NCBI GenBank assembly: GCA_043228905.1 | Contig: JBHGNT010000006.1 | Coordinates: 1,674,001 to 1,738,000, forward strand | Origin: Azolla caroliniana | Lineage: Eukaryota > Plantae > Polypodiophyta | Length of the DNA stretch: 64,000 nt | Direction: 5' to 3' | Shown here: piece after piece, positions 1 through 14,096 of the stretch | How the letters are laid out: each line of letters starts with the position of its first letter | Numbering within the stretch: the stretch's first letter is position 1 | Translations under genes and position numbers: made by a program | The notes under the pieces: model-generated | What the model was told of the DNA's origin: nothing | Seen by the model: the letters and a program-made list of their open reading frames with translations, nothing else | The model's database searches: none

Positions 1-487
1 CTGCCCAAAGAAAACAAAGTTTGATGGGAGAAAGAAACAAATAGACGTATGCAGACATCACAACTGTGATACCACTTGAGAAAAATGTTACGAACAGAAG
101 TTATATGCCAAAAAGGCTGGCAGTAGCAGAAAATAAACAATTTCTTAGTGAGGCTCAAAGCCTTTCAATACAAAAATGATAGTGGCGTTTTAACATATGC
201 ATTTATGGAAATAATACTGTGCAGTGTCAGGTCCAGAAAATCAGATGAATAAATGCTGGAATAAAGCAAATCTAGACTGTAGAAGGAGATACTATAGTCC
301 TAGGGCTGTCACCTACAAATAGTTAGATCTCGTGGTTCTATGATAAATAGAATAACTTGTGTTAGGATGCCACATTGAATCTATCTTTGACACTATTCAG
401 TTAGTGATGACGCCGATTTAACCCAGTTTTCTCTCTTGACAGATATAATGTACTAGATTGGTACTAATGATTAGTACATTTTAGCAG

Positions 488-635
488 GTGCTACTCGATC
501 TTGCATGAGGACAATGCACTTGGTGCCATTTTCAGCATCTGGAAAGAATTGAAGACAGCAAGATCATGGAAAGAAATAGAACAAAGAGTGTGGGGCTTCT
601 TAGAAGAGTATGAGAATTCTACTTCACATGTCTGA
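488..635 (+). CDS. Probable terminal coding exon of a gene starting upstream of the window (product not recognised)
   Basis: TTAGCAG acceptor at 481-487, then an open frame CYSILHEDNALGAIFSIWKELKTARSWKEIEQRVWGFLEEYENSTSHV* ending TGA at 633-635. AT-rich UTR-like sequence follows, with AATAAA near 912. Confidence 0.45.
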
Positions 636-2874
636 TTGTTTATCTATATGGATGGTATCGTTAGCTTCTTGTGGGTAATCACGCCATCTTTTGTATTGTA
701 TTCATTTATTGGATGGTATTCATTTATTCAGCTAAAACAACTATTTAAATGGCTAGATTGCTTCTTGTGAATAGGTGCTGAGCACAATATTGTCCCTGCA
801 AACAATTCCAAAGTAAATGATCAATAATCATTTCCTTGTAATCATTTCCCTTTTGGTGTTTCAAAAGTACAATGACAGTCAATACAGGCTTTTAAAAGAT
901 TATTACATCAGAATAAATAAAAATATTGCAACAAAAATAAAAACTCGAGTTTTCATAAAGGTCCTAAGTTTTCTTTAGCGTGACATTCAAGTCATTTGAC
1001 ATCACCCCATGTTAATATGTCATCATGGCTGTCACACTGAACATTTAAAAGCAAGTGATATTTATCCTCGACAAGCCCTTGCATACCTAGCTTGTGTGAT
1101 CAAGTGATATTTGACATATTTTGATGCCATTATCCAGCTTCAATACCTAGCTTGTGTGATCAAGTGCAAATGAGTGAGGGCTCTGAAAGAGTTAATACTC
1201 ATGTTGGTAATGAGGTGAGGTTGAACATGATCAATTGGCATTCTTGCCTTCTATTGAACCCAACATTCGGGGTTGATGTTTGAAATGTAATATTCTGATT
1301 TTGGCCTAATGTCTTCACATTTCTTCCTTATTGGTTGGTTCCATTAACATTTTTTGAATAACTACATATTTCATAGTATCACTTGAAAGCTCTAAGAGAC
1401 CTTCCGCACCCCATCTTTTGAAATATTTTGTGATATAAACTACCCAAGTAGATGAGAGAATTTCTCTCTTGTGATTCCGTTTTAGTTTATATTCCACATT
1501 CAAGCACATGTAGTAATCTCTGATTTTCTCTCTTGTGATTCATTTTTAGTTTATATCCAACATTTCAAGCAAATGTAGGAATCCATGGGTATCACTTTGA
1601 TTCAGGCTAACATATAATAAGTTTTCCAACCAACTTGATGCTTAGACTTAAAAGCATAAACTAGATTTATTTGAGGCAGGTTCATTAATAACTGATATAC
1701 TACGCTTTTCACACATAGGGTATTAGTCAGGTTGGACAGTTTGCATTTATGTCATTTTTGTTTTATCCACATTCATAATTAGTCCACTACTTTGGCGAAA
1801 TGCTTTTAATTGCTCCAAGTAAACGTTGAATATCATCAACATTATATGAAAAGGGAACCACATCATCCGCATTTAAAAGCAATAAGATAACATGTAAGTT
1901 TTGGAGCATCTATTTCTTCTTCTCTTGCAACTTTATTCACCACTTCTTCCAATTTTGGTGATAGTGGACATTCTTACTAACCCCATGTTACTTAAAAAAA
2001 TATTCTGAGAATTCATCATCAGCTTCTAGTTGGCATCTAGCTTGCTCATACAATTGTACAATGGCGATTAAATACTCTAATGGCATGCTTATTCCTACCA
2101 TTTGATTCCAAACCTCAATGCTTGGTATACTGTCAAAAGCTTATTTGAAATAAAAAAACAATAATAGAGTGTGTGTTTTGGTCTAAAACCAACTTGCCAA
2201 ATGCTTTTTTGTTTCTAATTTCAACCCATGCACTTATCCTTTGCTCCATGATAGTGCTATATAGTTTAGTAGTAATTAAGCTCGCCATGATAGTTGATAA
2301 TTTGATACTTGATTCTAATCTCTTGATTTGGAAATTGGCTTAATCCCACTGATAAGCTAATCATTCGGCAAACCTTGTTTAATTGCTTGATCTATATAGT
2401 CAACATATAATAATTATGTGGCATTGTCCATTTTAAGAGCTCAATTCACTTGTAATGAGAGTCATATTTTTATTCCCCCCCCCCAAAAAAAAAAAAAAAA
2501 CTCCTTCCATTAGTTATAAAATTTTACAAGATTATGTACAAATCCCTGTAGGGACAGGATAGTTCCATCCATAGTACGTAAAATTCGTGTTCGTCAGGCT
2601 TATCATTCGTTTTCCTACGTTGGAAACGAACACGAATGATATTAAAAAGTTCGTGTGTTTTTTTTTTTCATTTTTTTTCATTTTTTTTTTCGTTTTTTCC
2701 CTCTTTTTCCCTCTTCTTCTCTGGACGTAACGTTACGCTCTCCTCTCCTCTCCTACCTAGCCTCCAACGATCTACACAGTGCACACTGCTTACCAAGTTT
2801 CAACGACTCACGACATTCAGGTATGATTAGAATTTAGGTTTAATAATCGCTATTAGGGTTTAAATTTCCAAAAC

Positions 2875-3129
2875 GAAATTTCAGAAATTTCAGCCATGAA
2901 ATTTCAGAAATTTCAGCCATGAAATTTCAGAAATTTCAGCCATGAAATTTCAGAGATTTCAGCCATGAAATTTCAGAGATTTCAGCCATGAAATTTCAGA
3001 GATTTCATGTCTGAAATTTCCAAAATGAAATGTCTGAAATTTCATGTCTGATCATCTCTGAAATTTCATGCCTGAAATTTCTGAAATTTCAAGCATGAAA
3101 TTTAAGAGATGATTAGACATGAAATTTCA
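2875..3129. repeat. 23-bp tandem array GAAATTTCAGA(A/G)ATTTCAGCCAT (~5.5 copies) followed by inverted copies
   Basis: Directly visible; built from the palindrome TGAAATTTCA. Confidence 0.9.
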
Positions 3130-3598
3130 AGTTCCATTTGCAAAGGATGCTAATCGATTAAGCACACCAATCAAATGGTGGGAAACTTTTGGGGCAAGCA
3201 CTCCCAATTTGACGAAACTTGCAATTAGAATATTATCTCAAGGTACAAGTGCATTGTCTTGTGAAAGGAATTGGAGTACATTTTCATTAATACATACTAA
3301 AAGGAGAAATAGATTGAGTTCAAATCATGTGCAAAAATTGGTTTTTTTGCACACAAATCTTCGTATTCTTAAGAAGATTAAAGAAAGATGTTTCAATCCT
3401 ATTGAGATTACTATTGAAATGATTGAGAAAGAAAATGATGAAGAACGGTTATTAGTGTTGCAAAGTGAACAAGAAGCACAACAAGTTGATGAAAATGAGA
3501 GCCTCACCAATGTGATGGCTTATATTGATGATAATGCACAAGATGAGGATGAGGATGATGATTTTGATGATGATGATATCACCTTGAATGAAGATTAG
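3119..3598 (+). pseudogene. hAT transposase C-terminal dimerisation domain fragment
   Basis: WWETFG..TPNLTKLAIRILSQ..SALSCERNWSTF..IHTKRRNRL followed by an acidic tail. The catalytic region is absent. Confidence 0.9.
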
Positions 3599-4716
3599 GA
3601 ATCTTCGTTTTGATTAACACCTCATTGAGATTTTTTTTGAAGAGTAGGATTTTGGATAGTTGTTATTAGAGTTTACGAAAAAATGCATATTATTATTAAG
3701 AAGGTAATGTGTTTTTTTTTTGCAATTTTTAAATTTTTTTTTACCTTGAAAAAATATTTATCTTATAGTAAATAGTTTAACCAAAAGTATGGTATTTATC
3801 ATTCTTTGAGGGTGTTTACCCTTCTCGAATGATTGAATCATTCTCGAGCACGAATGCACGAATGGTTCGCATGGTTCATACTATGGTTCCATCTTATGTG
3901 GATGCCCACTGACTCAAGAAAGGGAGAGGACGACCATTGTTGGATGAAGGCTATTCGTATTTGTCATATTTTTTGTTCCTTTATTAACATTCTCAATATT
4001 AATGTATGAATTACAAGGCGTTTCAATATTAATGTATGAATTACAAGCCACTCTATCATTCCTATATGGCTTTTGCAATCTCTAACATCGCTTCATTCTT
4101 TAATCAAGTTTGTGAAGTTAACAATATTTTAAGAATCCTTCCACAATCCTCATAGTACAATCCTTTGAGTCACATAATAAATAACCAGCTACTATGTTTT
4201 CTTCCTAGATCTCCATATTTTGTTATTTTCCTACTATAGAATTAAAATCATGGATAATCAACACTTTACCAAACTTCTTAAAGAAAGTATGTATTGAATT
4301 AAGTTTGTGAAAAGATTGTCATGTTCCAAGGAAATTCTACTATAATGGTTTAACTCTTTATAATGAATTTTGCTTATGGCTACGTAGAACTTGTCTTCCC
4401 CAAAGTAATCGTCATATTTAGATACTTTTATTTAATTATCTAAGATCTCATGTAAATATTTATTGTACATGCATATTCAATATTCCCTTTTGACTAAGGC
4501 CATATTAATTTTTTGAAGTAGTCATCTATCTTAAGTTTGTGTTTTGCCTCACGCTTCCGAGTTTTAGTGAAAAATATAATATTAATACCTTGACCTATAT
4601 CACTTAGTCGAGATCCTCTAAAATTCCAAAACAAGATTTCCTGAAGTATGTGTAGTTTCATAAGTCATCATCATTTGCTACACGTTTTGAATTATTTTCC
4701 TAAATGCATATGCTTG

Positions 4717-7700
4717 TGTAGACCATGCTACTTTAGCTGCCGCGTTGTCATTCCTATTCCCAGCCCATAGAAAACCCCGAGTACATGTTTTAACAATACG
4801 AATAGCATGCTTGTCAAACATCCACACTGAGACCATATGCCATAGCGTAGACAATAGCACATGGTTAGCTACTATGGTCCTACCAGCTAATGATAAATTC
4901 ATCCCTGACCAGATGGAGATTTTGTAGCAACTTTTACTTTGAATTTGTTTCGACTGTATTCTTTTGTCGATATCTACACCAATCCACATTCCCAGATATC
5001 TAGTGCCTTCCCCTTTTGCAATCCATCTGAATTTAGCATTTGGTTTCCATACCGGCTCTACCTCCGAACTAATCCAGAAACCCTTGGACTTATTCCAATT
5101 GATGGAGGCCTCTGATGCTTTGCAAAAGAGATCAATAGCGATCTGGGCCCTCTCAAGATTTGTTTCATTACCTTGGAAATATAGCATCGTATCGTCCGTG
5201 AACACCGAGTCGAGCAAGGACTTCCTTTTTTTAGGGCTTGAAAGACCATGTAAAGTTGTTGCTTGACTATTCAAAAAGGTAGACATTGCTTCAGTAATAA
5301 AGAGGAATAGAAAGGGGGCGAGAGGACAACCTTGCCTGATGGATCTAGTTAGAGAGATTCTAGCTCCTTTCTTCCTTGGAATCAACACCTTGAACCATTC
5401 CTATATAAGGCTTGAGTAGCACATCTCCATTCCCACGGTAGCTCAATCACCTTCATCACTTCTTCATGGAAATACCATTGCACTCGATCATAGGCGATCT
5501 CGAAGTCAAGCATCAGATAGGCTAAGTTTTGCTTGGTCTCCCTCGCCGTCGCAACAACCTCCTTAAACAAAATCATGTTGTCCATAATAGAACGATGCTC
5601 CATGAAACCGATTTGATTGGTCTGGATGATATCTCCTAGAAAGGGCTTTACTCTCTACACTAGTATGTTAGCAATTTTTTTATAAATGAGATTTTAAATT
5701 GTGATGGGCCTCCACTGTCTAATCTCGTACGACACATTCTCCGACTTAGGAATCAGGTATATCAATCCTTCATTGAAGCTACTCGGCATCCTTCCCGTTC
5801 TCCACATCTCTTGTAATCTAGTTTCCAAACTGGGAAAAATTTGCTCCCAAAATTCCTCAAAGAAGACTTTGGGAAGGTCGTCAACTCCAAGGCAAGCCCT
5901 ATTGTGAATCATGTCTAGCCCCGCCACAATCTCTTCCTTCTCTATGGTCTTTGACAACTGTGTTTTGGCTACCTCTCCAATCCTGGTCTTCAAGCATCAA
6001 GTTAATTGGTGGGGCTTCTGTGAACGTTGGAGCTAAAAGGTCTTTGTAATACTTAGTTTCCATTTGCAAGATTTCATCTTGGTCAGTTGCCAACGAATCA
6101 TCCTCCCGCTTGAGACTTAGAATATGCTTTCCCCTTAGTTTCGAAGCCTTGGTAAGAAAAAACTCCATGTTAACTTTATCTCCATTGACAACCCACTATG
6201 TTGCCGACTTTCTGAAGGGGAATTGCTCACGTTGTTTCCTAATCTCTAGCATTACCTTTGTGGCTTCCTGCAGTCTATCTTTCGCTCAAGAACAATGTGG
6301 ATCCACTTGTGTAAGCTTTTGAGCTCGGATGACTGCCTTCCTCAGGCGTTGCAACTGGTATTGACACCTTACCAGCTCCTCTCTAGCCGCTTTTTGAAGA
6401 ACATGTGAAGAATTAATAATCTTTTCCTCCATTACCTATATCGAATCGTCGGATGATGGAGATGTCGCATAGATGCATAGATAGACACATGTGTGATATT
6501 CGTGATATTCGTAACATTCGAGAATACGAAATTGTCCCAAGAATATTATAAAACCATTCGTTTTGCAAAATAAATATATAAAAATTAATTAATTAATTTT
6601 TTATTTAAATAAATTTATTTCACTAAAAAAAGAACAATTATTCATTAATAGATTGTAGTGTCCGCCTTCATGAAACTTATTTTAATTAACTAATTAATTA
6701 ATTAATTTTTAAAACATAAATATGATTACTGTGAACTTTCAAGTGCTATTTTTAATGTCAAACGAATACTTGACCACCCATTCATATTCGTTTGCATTCG
6801 AATGGGAAACCCCACGAATGCGAATATGTCAATCTATGCCCAGATTTTATTCACTACATCCTTAACCTTCTAGATACCAAAAATATTTGGAGGAATCCTC
6901 AAATTGCACTCACTCTTCTTCGTATAAATAGGATCAAGAGTCAGGGACACTGGAAGGTGATTGGAGTAGGTAAACCCAGCTAGAATGGATGTGTAGCCGT
7001 TCCAATCCTCTATTCTGGGGCTCACATAGATGTGGTCCAATTTAGAGTCGCATCCTTTACTCTCCTTCCAACCAAATCGTGAAAACCTCAAGGAATTCGC
7101 CTCAACCACCATACTAGAATACCATGAATCTTTGATTCCAAGCATAGCAATGAAGAAACTCCATGCTCTAAGGTCTTCCCCTTGTAACAAGTTCGAGTGA
7201 GTCGGGCCTAGACAATCTTTCGTTCTCTCTGTCATGTTAAAATCTCCTGCCACTATCCAGTTGTCGAAGGAGGGAATTTTGTTTGCCAACGCACTCCAAA
7301 ATGAGGTTCTCTCACTACTACTATTTGATGCATAGACATCCAACACCCCAAATTTTACATTCCTTCATTCCAAGTGGCAGAACATGACCCTTCCTTCTAT
7401 CAGTATGCCATGATCTAGAATGGGGATATCAAGCGATTTCCTCACCGAAATACAGACTCCACCTCTCCTCTCTAACACACCGTGAGCTAGATCCCACAAT
7501 GTGTACCAATCCCCTAGCAACGGGACTTTGAAAAGTTTTGTTCTTTCTCTCCAATGTGATGCTATTGTAAGACCAAAATATCAATCGTTCTACATAAGCC
7601 AACAACTTCAAATTCCCTCCTAAAAATTCGCTTCTCGAGTTGATATTGTGACCCACCAAGTCCCTGCACATTCCAAGAACAAATTCTCATTAACTTGGGT

Positions 7701-8293
7701 TCAAAGGAAGAGCCAAGGGGGATTCTCCCTTGCTTGACAAATATGTCGCCATCATACTCCATATACTTTCCCACTCCATTCTTATTTTCTAGTTTTTTTC
7801 CTTCGGTAATTCACCACAATGGAATTGGAACCAACCAGGTTTTAGCACTAGATCGTGCACCCTCCAAAACATCTAGAACAAGTTCCATAAACTCCCCTTG
7901 TATCGGGGAGCTCTTCCACAATGTTTGCATTCCCTTAGCCTCGTTTACAGATGTAAGGTACCACATACACATTGTTTCCCTGTTACAAAACGTCTTCAAG
8001 GATGAGTCTTCTCCCCTTTCATCTTCCAAATTAGGCTTCAAATCAAAGGAGCATCCCTAAACCCCGTGGTTGTTTTCTCCGAGGGTACCAAACATAGAGG
8101 TGGGTGCTGAAACGTGAAGAGATTGGAGGATGTCTATGCGGAATGTGGGTTGTGTGAGGCTCATGTTGAGGGGATTCGGTTGAGTAATACTGTGCTCATC
8201 GAATGAAGTAGTAACATATGAGTTCTAAATTATCCTATGTACATTGTCTTAACTAATGGAAGTAGTAATTGTTTTGTGAAAAAATAAATAAAT
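4717..8293. mobile_element. Decayed L1/Tx1-type LINE with 5' inversion: minus-strand EN+RT joined to a plus-strand 3' end and A-rich tail
   Basis: Minus-strand endonuclease motifs (SWNVQGL, WIVAGDFN, SKLDHIY, SNHLPV) and RT motifs (WRPIT, LDFEIAYDRV, RQGCPLAPFLF, FTDD, RYLG, KVAW). Plus-strand LINE 3' end at ~8100-8293 is homologous to 23660-23860. 14-bp TSD AATGCATATGCTTG at 4703-4716 and 8294-8307. Confidence 0.85.
6476..6838. mobile_element. hAT-type MITE inserted in the LINE
   Basis: TIR CATAGATAGACA...TGTCAATCTATG; homologous in reverse orientation to the MITE at 33322-33959. TSD is degenerate (CATAGATG/CCCAGATT). Confidence 0.8.
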
Positions 8294-11200
8294 AATGCAT
8301 ATGCTTGCTTTTACGTTCTTGCTCTTTTGATGTAAGAAACTTATACCCTTTAGATACACCTAACTTTTATCCAAAAGGAGAGCTTTGTTGTGTTCATCTA
8401 GGATTGTGCAAACAATAACTCGATCAAACACTTTTTTTGACTTGTTTGTCACGATAATTCATTTGTGTGGGAATATAGAGTGTGGGTCAAACATTTGAAA
8501 ATTTCTTCAAAGTTTGAATAAGAAATTCTGAGACATGACTATTGTTGACTTTAATCATGCTTTGCACCTCAAGAGTGTTATGAGGTCTACCCGCTAGCAT
8601 TATCAAAATAGGCAAGATAGGTATCATATTTTTCTTCTTGATCACTCAAAGATATTATTGTAATGCAAGAGAGAAATGTCTCATGTTTGAGGTTGAAGAA
8701 TGATCTAAAATTGATGTAACTAATGCAAATGAAGAAAAGGAATAAAGTGTTTTCTTATTGGAAAATGCATTTGTTTCAAGTTGTTCACAAAATATTAAGA
8801 ACTTGTTGATGTCAGTGGATCAAGATATGAACAGATTCGAGGATAGTAAAAACACATCTAACAAAATCCAGATGTACAAAAACTGAATCATAGAGACTAA
8901 TGACTCCCAACACTTCTTGAAGCTAGATAATGGAGAATTACTTTCTAGTGGAGAAATAATTTATTTGTGTGTATATGCATGAAGTAGTGAACAACCATAG
9001 ATATCGAGTAGGTTTATGACAAGGTAGTTGTTCTATGCCACATCTTTTAGTTCGGCGTAAAATTTTTAAGACTTATGTATATGTGGCTATTAGACACTTC
9101 GATAGCTTTTGTACATGTACCATTTAGTTTGTTGTATGTGATCTTAATTGCCCAAAATTCTTTTGACCAAAGATTGTTGAACAAGAGGTGACATAATAAA
9201 GATCATAAGAATACAAGAAAAACTAGAAGATAACACTCTTTAACTAGAACAAGGTAGCTAATTAAAGTACGCCAATTTAAAAGTAAAGGGAGTAGTGTAT
9301 CCACGTGTACACGATAAAGAAAACATATCAAAACTTCAAATATAGGTGATATGAATTTAGCTAGATTTCATGAAAAAGGTGTGCAAGTACAAATGAACAA
9401 TATTGGCTACAAAACAAAGGTGTCCAAAAGTAAATATGTAAGATAAGGTGTATGTACATAATAGTTGATGACATGGAAAATATATGATCTAATACCCTCC
9501 ATACATACATGTGTGGGAGATTAAATCAATATAGCCACCACAAGAATCTTTTGAATTGTGAAAAGTTTATTGCGTGGGAGCCAAGAATCTATGTGGTATT
9601 AGAATACAGGGTTGAAAGATTGGATCACAATGAGAGGGGGAAACCATTATTTTGTTGTTGTGGGGCTTTGAAGTATCACAAAAGTAAAGGCTCAAAACAA
9701 TTGACTTTGTTTATTCCTAAGTTACGAAATCTTTTCTTAATCATAATCCATACTTATGACGTCATGGATTTTTTTGCGGGTACAAATATAATGACAATTA
9801 CATTAGATGGAAGTTGGACGATTGATTGCAATAAAATAGGATACCACTGAATAGATTTCAAACAATGGAGCTTAGATAAGATCATACAAGAATTGAATAT
9901 TTGAAGAATTTCCATAAAAACCTTGATCTTATTCAAGAGCAAACACATAATGACCCAACAAAAAAACTTTCTTACAACATGCTATTTCAATTCTTCATGA
10001 CATATACATTTAACACATTTAAATCAATCCTTCCACGTCTTCATATCAATGTTTAATCCATTGTGATTTCTCACACACAGCATAATGTGGCAACCTTTTC
10101 AATTCAAATGTTTACAATGTGTCTAATATATGCATGGTACAAATTGGTGTGCTATACATTTGACCACGAGTACAAACATTGTCTTATATTCTAGCAACAA
10201 TCAATCTTGTTATTTTCTTCTTCCTTCTTTGGTGTCGTGTCAACTTTCACTATAAGAAATCGGTGTACAAATCTAAATCGTGTCTCATATTTATGTGATT
10301 ATTGTTCTCCAATGTTGAAAGACTCATTCTACCTTTAAAATAATAAAAAATTCAAGAGACGTGCATATCATTATGGTCAACCATTTAAAAACAGCAACCG
10401 GAAATAAACAAATGTAACAATAGTCGATGCTTCGCTTATGAAATTCAATTATTGCTATAAATAAATCATGTATTCATGATTGCCACCTTGAACCACCGTG
10501 ATAATTTGAGATAATTCACAATGTCTTTGAAGTTGGACCATTACAAGCATAAGTATAACCACGTTTAACAAGAACCATGAGTCAAAATCAAATGTGTGAT
10601 ATACCTAACCATGATCAATGAAGAAGAGGTATAATGAGACCAAAGCATCCTTTTCATGAAATAAACATCATCTCTAGCCTTCATGAACTAGTGTAGTGTC
10701 ATATATTTGTTGAGTTTAACCTAAGTGGACGGCAAGACTTGATGGGACATATGGTGTGAACAAAATAAAATTTTCAAATCATTTGAGTACATTCAATTAA
10801 TAGTAGCCTTAGATCAAAAGTAATATATTGTGGATTCCGCACATTTTGTGACGTGACCTTGAACCAATGTGCAAGAACACAATCTAATGAGAGATATTAC
10901 CTGATTATTTAAGATTATTCACCACCTAGTATGTACAATAATGGTTCCAATTACAGTTGAGGTTAGTTTCTTAGCTCAAAATAATCATACCAAACATGCA
11001 TGCACATTGTGGGGTACTTGATGTGCAAATTACTAGAAATATTAGGATAAATAATAATAAGGCAAAGGGTTTAGTCATTACATGTTGCTTGATGGCTATT
11101 AGATTGCCATGTAATGAATCTATTGTATAGATCATACCAATAATGATTAAGGCCTATTATTTAACTGGGTCCAATTCTACATTTGAGGTCCATATTTCGA

Positions 11201-13783
11201 GAACTCATTTATATTGCTAGACTTGTTGCTAGGTATGACAAGAGTTTTGGCATGGAGTGACCCTCCAATGTCATCAATCATTTAACTTGCAAATCCTTAT
11301 TGCAGGAAAATTATTTGCTCGTCGTTCCCTTTGTAAAGCTTCTAAGTATTTGTAGTAGTGAATATCCTTAAAAAAAATTGTTCATAATCTTTGCATGTCA
11401 TAAAATAAATAGGAACCCTTACATATTCCATAATCGAGTTATGTAGTTTGAACTCGACATCCATGCCTAATAGTGAACCTTAGTATTGGCTGAGGGCTCT
11501 ATAGACTTCATCTTTATTCAAAGAGTAAGACATGCAACTTGAACCACAAATTGAATGAACTATAGCACATCATATATAGGGACCAATGTGTAGCAAAGTA
11601 GCATATGTGCAACAAAGCTTTAAAAGCTTGGCGCCATTCTTTCAAAATTTCATTTTTTTAAAGGATTGCTTTCGGTTGTCTAATTTTTTATTGACTTGAA
11701 CTTTCAACCTACTTCTACTTTTTAATAGTTAGATCTACACTTGAGGGTTTGGGGTAACCCAATATAGCATAAGCTTGTAAAATAGCATTTAATCCATATG
11801 TATCTATATCACTTACATGTATACTATACATATTATTAACATAGATGCTCTACATGACTTATCTATTATGGTGTCTTACCCGATTTGGAAAGACCTTAGG
11901 GCAAAAGACCTTACCCAATTTGGAAATTGGAAGATCAAATGGTCATTCAAAAATTCATGTTCTTAAAAGGCATAGATTAAGCAACTCAACCTTGAGTAGA
12001 GATATTGTGTTATTTCTTTGAAAATATTGGTATCTACGATGGTGAACTAAGGATTGATGTGTTGTCTCAAGGTGCACATCTTTGGATCAGTGGAGTTTTG
12101 TGTCAATACCAATATTGTTCGTTGAGTGGTTTGGGTCACATTATACCTTTTGGGTGGTGAACCTGGTGATGGTGGTTGTCACTTGCTCCAAAGCCATTAG
12201 CCTCGATAAACCGAATCCAACTCAACTCTCCTAGCAATTCTAATCTTACTACAAAGTCGCCAATACATTAATGGGTTTAAGTTGTGATACTTATGCTAGT
12301 GAACACTCACCAAAGAGTTGCACACATGAGCAAAAATCATGCGTCTAGTAGTAAAGGTATAAGCTACACCACATACAATGGGGTTTAGATAAATAAAATT
12401 TAGCCCTAATCACTCATCTTACAAAGAGATGAGAGACAGAGAAAAAGCAAGAGCTTTAGCCTAGATTTTAAGACGAGCCTTTTTTGTTTTTAAACTAAAG
12501 ATTGAGAAGACAAGTTTGAAAAAGTGAATTTTATAGCTTTTTACAAAGGGCTTGTTTGGTTTCACATTAAGGTGGCCTTTGACAAAAGCTCTAGAGCAAC
12601 TTAACTCTAGTCCCCATTTTCTTGTTTTTACATTGGCCTTTGGTGCCTTTGTCGATGTTGATGTCTTTGTAGGATGTGTGTTGTACAACAAGGGCTTAAC
12701 AATTGATGACATCATGATGCTACCTGAACAACTAACACGTGTGAACAAGTTCAGAGAAGTATTAAGGATCTATGAGAGAAAAGGCTCAAAGGGTTAGTAA
12801 GATGTGGTTGGATATGTCCTCACATTTTTACAAAGTATTGGGGGCTAGCATTTGCAACTTAATATTCAGTCCCCATCTTGCTAGTTCATCCTTAGTGTGC
12901 CTCTAGTAATCTATCGTCAATGTTCACATGCTTCGTAACATCACCTAATAGCCCCAATAGATATTTCAATCCCCATCTCTTGAACCATTTCATAATGTCA
13001 AACACCTAGGTAGACGAGAGGATTTTGCCCTAATTAGTTTTTTGTGCCTTGCATCCTATGCTCCAAGCAAGTTTTGGCAATCTATAATTAGACATATTCA
13101 TGACTTTGTGATATACTTGTATACTTTTTGCATTGGCAGTACCTATATGGCCAAGCACGTGTTTCTAATAGCATGACATGATATGATGTTGGGAATTTTA
13201 CCACCAATTTTCTATTTACGAACATTTTTTTGATTTTCTCAATTTCACTCCATGCACTAAGTGTGATAGTGTCACCCCACACTTTCACTCTATGAAGCAA
13301 CATTTGGACCGCCATCCAATTGAATACCACCAATATGACTTCTCATCAAAGGTATTGTTTACATTGATTCTTAAACATATAATAACTATTCCAATTTCCA
13401 ACACACTTGAAGTCTAGAGTGATCACTTACATTCCACATATATGTCAATGGGACAATAATACCAAGATATTTGAAGCTTTTCACCGTATATAACATCATC
13501 CCTTGAAGTCTACTTTGTTACATAATTAGTCATAGTGTAACTAAATGATTGACAATGGGGTGTTAAAGCTTGCTTGACCAAGTCCTTGTTTGTGATGATG
13601 TTCAACCCGTGAGCTAACCAAATGTTGCATGATAATGTTATTTAACTTGGTCATATGCAAGCTAACCATGATAATTCCATAGTTGGATAACAAAATTTTA
13701 TCGCCTTCTTTAATGATTGGTTTAATCCAATTCACGAGCCAATCTAAATCCTTGCTTGATAACTTGATATATGATAATTATTA

Positions 13784-14096
13784 GGGAAAAGTACTAGGAT
13801 ACCCCAGGAAGTTCGTCTATTTACTAGAATGCCCCTGGAAGTTCCAAATTTACCAAACTACCCCTATGTCCAAAAAATTACACTTTATAAAGTAATTATA
13901 CACTCAAATCTTTGGTAAATAGGGCTAGTTCGGGTCCATTTCTTCCATCTTTGGTAAATAGGGTTTGTAGATTTGAGTGTATAATTACTTTATAAAGTGT
14001 ATTTTTTTGGACATAAGGGTAGTTTGGTAAATTTGGAACTTCTAGGGGCATTCTGGTAAATAGAGGAACTTCCTGGGGTATCCTGGTACTTTTCCC
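13784..14096. mobile_element. Mutator-like (MULE) MITE
   Basis: ~127-bp TIRs starting GGGAAAAGTAC / ending GTACTTTTCCC, with a perfect 9-bp TSD TAATTATTA (13775-13783, 14097-14105). Confidence 0.93.

Larger units (their letters stand above)
2570..3885 (+). mobile_element. Internally deleted hAT DNA transposon
   Basis: Perfect 8-bp TSD GTTCCATC (2562-2569, 3886-3893), TIR CATAGTACG/CATACTATG, and a retained transposase C-terminus. Confidence 0.92.
2477..3962 (-). mobile_element. Short 3' stub of an L1-type LINE, split by a hAT element
   Basis: CTCCTTCCATTAGTTATAAAATTTT...GATAGTTCCATC|TTATGTGGATG...GACTCAAGAAAGGGAGAGGACGA matches the LINE 3' ends at ~21378 and ~35785. Approximate TSD GTCATATTTTT(A/TG)TTCC at 2461-2476 and 3963-3979. 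Confidence 0.75.

Noticed and set aside
1180-2450. Possible degenerate hAT transposase on the minus strand, with short local duplications at 1083-1167 and 1460-1578
   Set aside because: Only faint motif hints (MDNA..), with no TIR or TSD found; cannot be supported without a profile search.
2875-3010. CRISPR-like regular repeat
   Set aside because: Units are directly tandem with no unique spacers, lie within a hAT element in eukaryotic DNA, and no cas genes are present.
10800-11640. Possible ancient LINE RT remnant on the minus strand (KDEVYRALSQ)
   Set aside because: Too degraded to define boundaries or confirm by eye.
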